From: Fidelibacterota bacterium
Lineage (GTDB): Bacteria; Fidelibacterota; Marinisomatia; Marinisomatales; UBA2128
Direction of reading: 5' to 3'
DNA length: 10,852 nucleotides
Assembly (NCBI GenBank): GCA_046861645.1
Contig: JBHHUM010000072.1
Location: forward strand, 1 to 10,852
In this document: in pieces, positions 1 through 6,088 of the stretch
How positions within the stretch are numbered: position 1 is the stretch's first letter
Layout: every line of letters begins with the position of its first letter
The notes under the pieces: model-generated
Database searches by the model: none
The model's input: the letters and a program-made list of their open reading frames with translations, nothing else
Told to the model about the DNA's origin: nothing
Position numbers and translations under genes: made by a program

Positions 1-449
1 CCCGGGTTAGTTTCATCATATTTCTTGAAAAACACTTGTACTTCGACGCTTCCTGTATGTGTTATTAGAGTAGAATCCTCGTAAGAAACAGATATCGTGT
101 GATCACCAAAATCAGAATTAAGCCCATAAAGATTACTTCTCATAAGCCGAGCTGTCGGTCCCTGAACATCTGTCCACCCTGACTGAGGTGTAATCTCCCA
201 TATCATCTGTGAACTATATTGTTGCTGTCCTTCAGCTGGCGCTCCCTCTACTGCTATCTCGATATCACTATCACCGACCTCCACGCTAGGCAAGCCGAAA
301 GTGAACTTGTCACCTTCCCTAGGTTTGCTAATTTTAATATCGTGAAAAGTACCCTGCCCTTGCCCTCCTTCTGGTGTTTCATCAGTACAACCTGACAATA
401 GCATAAAAGTCACCCATATAATAAGTACAATATTCTTTCTTGTATTCAT
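1..449 (-). CDS. Hypothetical lipoprotein, 3' end runs off the window (not in the ORF track)
   Basis: Manual translation from ATG at 449 is open for 149 codons to the edge: MNTRKNIVLIIWVTFMLLSG|CTDETPEGGQGQGTFHDIKISKPREGDKFTFGLPSVEVGDSDIEIAVEG...FGDHTISVSYEDSTLITHTGSVEVQVFFKKYDETNP. Basic n-region, hydrophobic h-region and lipobox L-S-G-C21, then a Gly-rich tether and beta-rich sequence. Confidence 0.85.
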   Translation of the reverse strand, partial: MNTRKNIVLIIWVTFMLLSGCTDETPEGGQGQGTFHDIKISKPREGDKFTFGLPSVEVGDSDIEIAVEGAPAEGQQQYSSQMIWEITPQSGWTDVQGPTARLMRSNLYGLNSDFGDHTISVSYEDSTLITHTGSVEVQVFFKKYDETNP

Positions 450-789
450 TGCTTAAGCAGGTGCTACAATTACCACAATTTACGTTAGGTCCCCCTATCT
501 GGGCTTATTCTGTTATTACTGCTTTCATGATTGTATTACTTCGTAAGCTATGTTGCTTGTAAGCGCTACGGCACTTAGCTAAACACCCCCCACTTCATAA
601 TGTTCAAGGTAGTTGCTCTTACTTTTGCCATTTTAATGAAGAATAGAATTTCGCCTACCTACCACAAAAACATCATTGTAGCCTCTTCCTCTCACTCGAA
701 GACGATAACCTATAGCCACACGCTAGGGAATATCTCAACGTCTAGGATAACCCCATCTAGTGTAAGGATTTGGAACAATTACCCACCAC

Positions 790-865
790 GTTAAGCCTAT
801 CACTCTTGTTCTGCGAACACATTCCAGGGAATTGTGTATTCGTCGAATGGGTCATAGGCTTTAAC
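790..865. other. Long imperfect inverted repeat / rod-like hairpin (~76 nt)
   Basis: AAGCCTAT (793-800) pairs perfectly with ATAGGCTT (854-861). Inner GCGAACACATTCC pairs with GGAATTGTGTATTCGT with bulges. GTTAA/TTAAC flank the element. Several middle mismatches are G-U compatible on the + strand. Confidence 0.65.
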
Positions 866-866
866 T

Positions 867-895
867 AAGGTAATTCAGAGGTGAATCACAGTCAA
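867..895 (-). promoter_or_regulatory. Putative sigma70 promoter pointing toward the lipoprotein gene
   Basis: Minus strand reads TTGACT (895-890) - 17 nt - TACCTT (872-867). The spacer contains the palindrome GTGAATCAC (881-889). Confidence 0.5.
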
Positions 896-913
896 GGAAT
901 ATTTAATATTATC

Positions 914-941
914 TTGGATTATTTACCATATATATTATACT
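914..941 (+). promoter_or_regulatory. Putative sigma70 promoter for the TPR-HTH gene
   Basis: TTGGAT (914-919) - 16 nt - TATACT (936-941) in a very AT-rich tract about 70 nt upstream of ATG 1013. Confidence 0.4.
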
Positions 942-1012
942 TTACACCATATTAACGATAGATACCACCCTAGAACTGCCGAAGTAAACAATCAGATGAG
1001 AGAGTAGAAAAA

Positions 1013-2503
1013 ATGTATAAATCAAAAATCATTGATGTCAGTGGTCTCATTCCATATGGGAAAACACCTGCTGAGGTAGGTGTTCTTTCAAAGAATGTAG
1101 ACGCTCAAAGATTTACAGTCATACTCATGGAAATAGATGAACTGAAGATTAAATCCGTCTCCTTAGCCCTGAGTGAGCTGCATAAAATAGAGGAAATCTC
1201 AGACCCCGAATTAAAAGGAATGCTGTTAGCCGGTATCGGGGAAATTCAATCGTTTTACGGGAATTATACAAAAGCATTCGCTGCTTTTCACAAAGCTCTC
1301 GGTTTAGTTAAAAGCGATGAAGCAACAGCCTATGTCTATTCCGCCATGTCAGATATGTTACGAATATTGGGTTATAATGAAACAACAGTGGATATTCTAA
1401 ATCAAGCCATCCGCTACACTAGTAATAAAGAGCTGCATTGGCGGCTTAAGTGGAAGACCGTGCTTGGTTATAAATATACTGAGCCGGAAAAGGCTATTGA
1501 TAAGTTGAGTAAGATTATTGATTATTATCAATCTGTCGAGAACACCCTTCGAGCCACACGCCTGAAGAAGCACATGGCCAATGTACATGTTAAATTAAAG
1601 AATTTCGAATTGGCAGATTCCTTGTACACAGAAGTCCTTGAAACAGCGGTTGAACTCGATCTACCTCAGTTTCAATATGAAATCCTCAACGACAGGGGCT
1701 GGCTGTGGTATCAGCAGAAGGAATATCTGCAAGCTCGCAGCCTTTTTCTTAAGCTCACTCAAAAGGATCTGTCTCCTTACCAAAAATCTCTTTGTCTTCA
1801 AAATCTTGGCTTTGTTGAATATGATTCAGGTAACTACCTGGAAGCCATCAAATGCTACAGCCAATCTCTGCAGATCACTCTTCGGTATGAGATGAGGAAC
1901 ATGATGTTTGAGGATTACTACCGGTTAGGACTGTGCTATGAGAGAGTTGGAAACCTCAGCCTGTCAGAGCATTTCTATTCACTTGGTTGTGACGAGGTGA
2001 TGAAAGAAATTGAGATGAAGCTGCCTGTAATAGGCTACAGCAAGAAATTACTGGACAGGTATCTGACATTTCTGAAAGATAATCAACAGATCACTACTGT
2101 GAGGGTTAAAGAAGAGGTCTTCGGTTTTACAGTGGGAAAGACACTGAAAGAGATCCGTGATATCTTCCACACTCACTTCTTCAATATTATCCTAAGCCGT
2201 ACGAAAAATGCTCCGGAACTGTGCCGGATGCTGCAGATAGACAGCAAGACCTACTTCAACTACCAGAAAAAGCTCGGGTTAAAGCGTGGATTAAAAACGA
2301 AAACACAGCTCTCCCGTAACCAATATTTCGTGAGCTATGTGGAATCACTCTCGCGCCTCACATGGCGGGAAGCGAACAGTACCTTTAAATCAGATCTTCT
2401 CTCTTTTCTGCTGGAGGAATACCAGTACAACAAGAAGGTTCTAGCGGAGGTTCTTGGGATATCCTATCCATATCTGGTGAATCTGACATCGGGAAGAGAT
2501 TAG
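1013..2503 (+). CDS. Tetratricopeptide-repeat protein with two C-terminal Fis-type HTH-like modules; putative transcriptional regulator
   Basis: TPR-pattern helices include GIGEIQSFYGNYTKAFAAFHKAL, ILNDRGWLWYQQKEYLQARSLF, CLQNLGFVEYDSGNYLEAIKCYSQSL and YYRLGLCYERVGNLSLSEHFY. The C-terminus has TLKEIRDIFHTHFFNIILSRTKNAPELCRMLQIDSKTYFNYQKKLGL and LTWREANSTFKSDLLSFLLEEYQYNKKVLAEVLGISYPYL, each matching the Fis/NtrC HTH_8 pattern. TPR call is strong; HTH call is moderate. Confidence 0.8.
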   Translation: MYKSKIIDVSGLIPYGKTPAEVGVLSKNVDAQRFTVILMEIDELKIKSVSLALSELHKIEEISDPELKGMLLAGIGEIQSFYGNYTKAFAAFHKALGLVKSDEATAYVYSAMSDMLRILGYNETTVDILNQAIRYTSNKELHWRLKWKTVLGYKYTEPEKAIDKLSKIIDYYQSVENTLRATRLKKHMANVHVKLKNFELADSLYTEVLETAVELDLPQFQYEILNDRGWLWYQQKEYLQARSLFLKLTQKDLSPYQKSLCLQNLGFVEYDSGNYLEAIKCYSQSLQITLRYEMRNMMFEDYYRLGLCYERVGNLSLSEHFYSLGCDEVMKEIEMKLPVIGYSKKLLDRYLTFLKDNQQITTVRVKEEVFGFTVGKTLKEIRDIFHTHFFNIILSRTKNAPELCRMLQIDSKTYFNYQKKLGLKRGLKTKTQLSRNQYFVSYVESLSRLTWREANSTFKSDLLSFLLEEYQYNKKVLAEVLGISYPYLVNLTSGRD

Positions 2504-2589
2504 CAACAGTGATTCCAGAGTAACTTTTGTTTGGACATATCCATCTCCATTACATTCAATCTATACTTCGCTAGGAGTGACAAGTACAA

Positions 2590-2674
2590 TGGGCAGGCAG
2601 TTGCCTTGGTTATATGATTTCTATAATATCTCTGAAATGGATGATACCTATTTTCCTTCGGCGCTGTCTGCCCA
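2590..2674. other. GC-rich inverted repeat enclosing an AT-rich core (~85-nt hairpin) between convergent genes
   Basis: TGGGCAGGCAGTTGCC (2590-2605) pairs with GGCGCTGTCTGCCCA (2660-2674): 15 pairs including 2 G-U on the + strand and 1 bulge. Inner pairings are GGT(T)AT/ATACC and ATTTC/GAAAT. Confidence 0.7.
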
Positions 2675-2684
2675 AAAAATTTAA

Positions 2685-3731
2685 CTACCCTAATACTCCT
2701 CTTACCAATTCCAATAGTTCCTTTTCCCCCGTCCGTGTAGGCCGGAATTCTACTCCCAAGGCATAAAGTCTGTTCCCTTCAAAAAACGGCGTTGCTTTGA
2801 AGATATCTTTCTCCGTCGTGATGAAATATTCTATTCCGTTCTTTTCTCCGAGACCTATCATCCTTTGTATATCATCCCTTTTATACCTGTGATGATCGTC
2901 ATAAGCAATCCGCTCCACAATCTCAACTCCGGCTTTCTCTAACAAATTAAAAAACGACTGCGGGTCACCCACTCCGCAGAAGGCGAATACTTTCTTCCCT
3001 TTTAGTTCCGCTGAACTTATCACCGCTCCCTCCAGACTTCGCAGCTCCGGTTCTGCAATCAGGCGGCTGGAGAGAATGGGAATGCCTTGCTGCTCAATCC
3101 TGCTCCGCACTTTAACTGGGGGACGGGCCAGATTACGCTTGGTCCAGATAAGCACATCAGCTCGACGCAAATGAAAAGGTGGTTCCCGAAGCTTACCGTA
3201 AGGCAGCATCCGGTACGCTTCAACTGGTTCCTGGCTGTTGAGTAGTACGATATCCAGATCTCGAGCCAGGGCACGGTGCTGAAAGGCATCATCTAAAAGC
3301 AAAACGTCAGGTTGAAAGTTTTGAACAATGTAACAGCCTCCACGATAGCGTACTTCGTCCACCACAATGGGCACGCCGGAAAGACGTTGAGCCATGAGGT
3401 AAGGCTCATCGCCACCTTCTTCCCAGTTAGCCAGGCATTTCTTGCCATCTGACACTACTATCGTTCCGGTAGTATTACGTCCGTAACCTCGACTAAGTAT
3501 CGCGGGAGCAATTCCCCTTTCCTGTAGTTTTTGAGCCAGATAGATGACCGCTGGTGTTTTGCCGGTACCACCTACAGTCAGATTCCCCACACTAATTACG
3601 GGCAACGGCAGACGACGAGTAACAAAGAATCCTATAGCGTAATAGAGATTACGCCAGAAGACCGCTCCCCAATAGAAGAGGGCCAGGGGAAAGAGTAGAA
3701 AGCGAAACTTAGGAGATAAGCTGGGCATCAT
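2685..3731 (-). CDS. lpxK: Tetraacyldisaccharide 4'-kinase (lipid A 4'-kinase)
   Basis: Motifs VISVGNLTVGGTGKTP (P-loop), ILSRGYG, GDEP, LLDDAFQH, LPYGKLREP, DHHRY and TTEKD; located in an operon with lpxB. Confidence 0.97.
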   Translation of the reverse strand: MMPSLSPKFRFLLFPLALFYWGAVFWRNLYYAIGFFVTRRLPLPVISVGNLTVGGTGKTPAVIYLAQKLQERGIAPAILSRGYGRNTTGTIVVSDGKKCLANWEEGGDEPYLMAQRLSGVPIVVDEVRYRGGCYIVQNFQPDVLLLDDAFQHRALARDLDIVLLNSQEPVEAYRMLPYGKLREPPFHLRRADVLIWTKRNLARPPVKVRSRIEQQGIPILSSRLIAEPELRSLEGAVISSAELKGKKVFAFCGVGDPQSFFNLLEKAGVEIVERIAYDDHHRYKRDDIQRMIGLGEKNGIEYFITTEKDIFKATPFFEGNRLYALGVEFRPTRTGEKELLELVRGVLG

Positions 3732-4347
3732 TTTGTTGTTGCATTACCAGCAATCGTTCTTCCAGTTCACGGTTCAGTTCCTCAAAAGGTATTGTTTCAT
3801 CCGCTTGAAGAGGTTCACCAACAGCAAACCGAACCCGTCCAAATGGTTTGGGAACTATAAACGTATCCCAATTGGTAATCTCCCATCTCTGGGAGGCCTG
3901 TCCGGTAATGGGAATGAGGAGTGCCCCTGTTCGCTGAGCAGCCTTAACTGCTCCCGGCTTGGCCACATGCTTCGGACCCTGAGGACCATCCGGTGTTACC
4001 ACAACAACTTCCCCCGGCTGCGAGAGAACCTCCACCATCTCTCGATAGGCTTCTCGTCCACCGCTGGAACTGGAACCGCGAATAAAATGCCAACCCATCT
4101 TTTCACCCACCCGAGAAATTATTTCCGCATCCTCATGGAGCCCCGCCAGAGCGTGATAACCCCGTTTCCGCAGGCAGTAGAGGGGAAAAAGGAGTCGTCC
4201 GTGCCAACAACAAAGAATCACGGATCGACCAGCCGCTAGGGCCTGTAGCAGGATCTCTTCGTTTATTAAATCTATACGGTTACAGCTAAAGAGCGTACCC
4301 ACTATGGATTTCCCTAATAATATTCCTGCTTTCCTTTTTCCAGCCAA
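3709..4347 (-). CDS. DUF374 / lysophospholipid acyltransferase family protein, probable LpxJ-type lipid A secondary acyltransferase
   Basis: Motifs WHGRLL, DAEII, IRGSSSSGG, TPDGPQGP and WDTFIVPKPFGR typical of DUF374. Lies between lpxB and lpxK and overlaps the lpxK start. The TTG start is uncertain. Confidence 0.88.
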   Translation of the reverse strand: MAGKRKAGILLGKSIVGTLFSCNRIDLINEEILLQALAAGRSVILCCWHGRLLFPLYCLRKRGYHALAGLHEDAEIISRVGEKMGWHFIRGSSSSGGREAYREMVEVLSQPGEVVVVTPDGPQGPKHVAKPGAVKAAQRTGALLIPITGQASQRWEITNWDTFIVPKPFGRVRFAVGEPLQADETIPFEELNRELEERLLVMQQQNDAQLIS

Positions 4348-4352
4348 CGTCT

Positions 4353-5474
4353 TCAGCCCAAGCGCTGTAAGATCAAGTCCGCTGCCCGACCAGCCGCTCC
4401 TGGTTTTCCCATGGTTCTTTGCACCTCCTCCATTCCAGCGAAAACTTCATCCTGCCTGCTTTCATCAACAAGAAAGGGCAACAGGTTGGCAGCGACAAGT
4501 TCCGGGGTAGCCTTCTCCTGAAGAAGCTCGGGAAACACCTCTCGACCAGCGATTAAATTGGTCATGGAAACAAATTCCACCCTGGCGATGCGCCGGGCAA
4601 AAAACCAGGTTACCGGTGATAACCTGTAGATGACCACGGCCGGGGTATTATAGAGAGCTGCTTCAAAGCTGATTGTCCCTGAAGCCACTACAGCGCCATC
4701 AGCAAAACGAAGGGCCTGCTGTGGATTCTCTTCCTCCACAGATACACCGTGATAGTTTACTCCACGAACCGTCACACCGGGGGCTTTTCCGATCACTGCC
4801 TGCAGATTCAGCCCTCGTTCCCGGAGACTGAACAGGGATTTTATCAACACCCCCAAATGACGATCAACCTCCTGCTGACGGCTGCCGGGCATGAGGGCAA
4901 TAGTCGTTATCTCTGGATCAAATTTGTGACGACTAAGAAACTCCTCTCTGGTCATGGAGGGCTCAGGGAGATCCATGAAGGGGTGTCCCACAAAGGTCGC
5001 CTGTACACCTCGTTCCTCGTACCACGCTTCTTCAAAGGGAAAGATGCAGAGGAGTTGATCCACGCACTCCTGTATAGTCTCCACCCGCTTCTCCTTCCAG
5101 GCCCACAGCTGTGGTGAAATAAAATAGGTGACAGGAATTCCCCTGGCTTTTAACTCCTTTGCCAGACGTAGATTAAAGCCTGGATAGTCAATCAGTATTG
5201 CCCTGGTAGGGATACACCTGTCCACTTTCTCCAAAACCCTCTGGAAGACTTTACGCAGAAACATGTACTTGCTTACGACTTCAGTAAAACCCATGACCGC
5301 TATATTGTGAACGTGCTCAATAATCGTCACCCCCACCTCCTGCAAACGGTCACCTCCCAGTCCATAAAAGGAAAGTTCCGGTTTCCGCTGAACCATGGCA
5401 CGTACCAGACTTGAGCCGTGGAGATCCCCTGACTCCTCGCCAGCTACAATCAAAACTGTCTCTTGATCTACCAT
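4353..5474 (-). CDS. lpxB: Lipid-A-disaccharide synthase
   Basis: Motifs IVAGEESGDLHG, VMGFTEV, ILIDYPGFNLRLAK, FISPQLWAW, IFPFE, FVGHP, LMPGSRQQEV, SGT and NLIAGREVFPELLQ. Confidence 0.97.
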   Translation of the reverse strand: MVDQETVLIVAGEESGDLHGSSLVRAMVQRKPELSFYGLGGDRLQEVGVTIIEHVHNIAVMGFTEVVSKYMFLRKVFQRVLEKVDRCIPTRAILIDYPGFNLRLAKELKARGIPVTYFISPQLWAWKEKRVETIQECVDQLLCIFPFEEAWYEERGVQATFVGHPFMDLPEPSMTREEFLSRHKFDPEITTIALMPGSRQQEVDRHLGVLIKSLFSLRERGLNLQAVIGKAPGVTVRGVNYHGVSVEEENPQQALRFADGAVVASGTISFEAALYNTPAVVIYRLSPVTWFFARRIARVEFVSMTNLIAGREVFPELLQEKATPELVAANLLPFLVDESRQDEVFAGMEEVQRTMGKPGAAGRAADLILQRLG

Positions 5475-5483
5475 ACTCTGACT

Positions 5484-6062
5484 TCAGGAAAGTAAAATGA
5501 TGCGGATGACGAGCAAAGAGAGAAAACCACCAATTACCTGTAAAGTTCGCTTCTCGGTTCGTACTGTTTGACTTAGAGTTACAGGGGTAGTATTACTTCC
5601 TCCCATCCATGGTGACAACCGGGGGAACAAACGGGGAACTGATAGTCTATATTCCTGATAGTCTTCACCAAACTTCCGTAGCAGGGTCTCTTCTTCCAAA
5701 GAGATAATCAAACCGTATTGAATAGAGAAGAAGGCCAGTGTTACCGGAAGAAATAGCCAGACATGCTCTCCACCAGCAATTAACACCATTCCAGAATAGA
5801 TGATCACATTACCAAGATACAGTGGATTGCGAACATAGGCGAAGGGCCCGGAAGTACAGAGAGAGCTGGCGCCTACTTTCCGGGTACGAGTTTCACCCCC
5901 GGCATAACGGACACCATTTAAACGTAGAGCTTCTCCCAACACAACAAAAAGCGAGCCTGCCATCAACAGTTCTATCCTGATCTCAGCAAAATAGAGGATA
6001 AGCACTGCCAGGGGAATCGGCAAGTAGCCTCTATTCCTAAAGAAAAAATTGCGAACATCCAT
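5484..6062 (-). CDS. Isoprenylcysteine carboxyl methyltransferase (ICMT)-family integral membrane methyltransferase
   Basis: Several TM segments, LCTSGPFAYVRNPLYLGN and EEETLLRKFGEDYQEYRLSVPRLFP (ICMT/PEMT SAM-binding signatures). Stop is 9 bp upstream of the lpxB start. Confidence 0.9.
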   Translation of the reverse strand: MDVRNFFFRNRGYLPIPLAVLILYFAEIRIELLMAGSLFVVLGEALRLNGVRYAGGETRTRKVGASSLCTSGPFAYVRNPLYLGNVIIYSGMVLIAGGEHVWLFLPVTLAFFSIQYGLIISLEEETLLRKFGEDYQEYRLSVPRLFPRLSPWMGGSNTTPVTLSQTVRTEKRTLQVIGGFLSLLVIRIILLS

Positions 6063-6088
6063 AATTGAAAGTTTAGTTAATTACCAGA

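Noticed and set aside
575..631. Minus-strand 18-aa ORF MAKVRATTLNIMKWGVFS as a signalling peptide
   Set aside because: No SD and no signal-peptide character; expected by chance.
600..794. 64-aa + strand ORF from the track
   Set aside because: No SD, no recognisable motif, Ser/Thr/Ile-rich composition typical of a chance ORF in AT-rich intergenic DNA.
790..865. Integron attC site
   Set aside because: The core motifs are in the wrong order (GTT...AAC rather than RYYYAAC...GTTRRRY), and there is no integrase or cassette array in the window.
1397..1895. ORFs 1397-1588 (-) and 1638-1895 (+)
   Set aside because: Shadow or alternate-frame ORFs inside the TPR gene.
1013..2503. Sigma54 enhancer-binding protein, or a true AimR/RRNPP ortholog
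   Set aside because: No AAA+ or GAFTGA motif. Similarity to AimR is architectural only, with no adjacent signal-peptide-bearing propeptide gene.
450..2684. Retron, CRISPR array or known defence system
   Set aside because: No reverse transcriptase, nuclease or NTPase motifs, no cas genes and no regularly spaced repeats.
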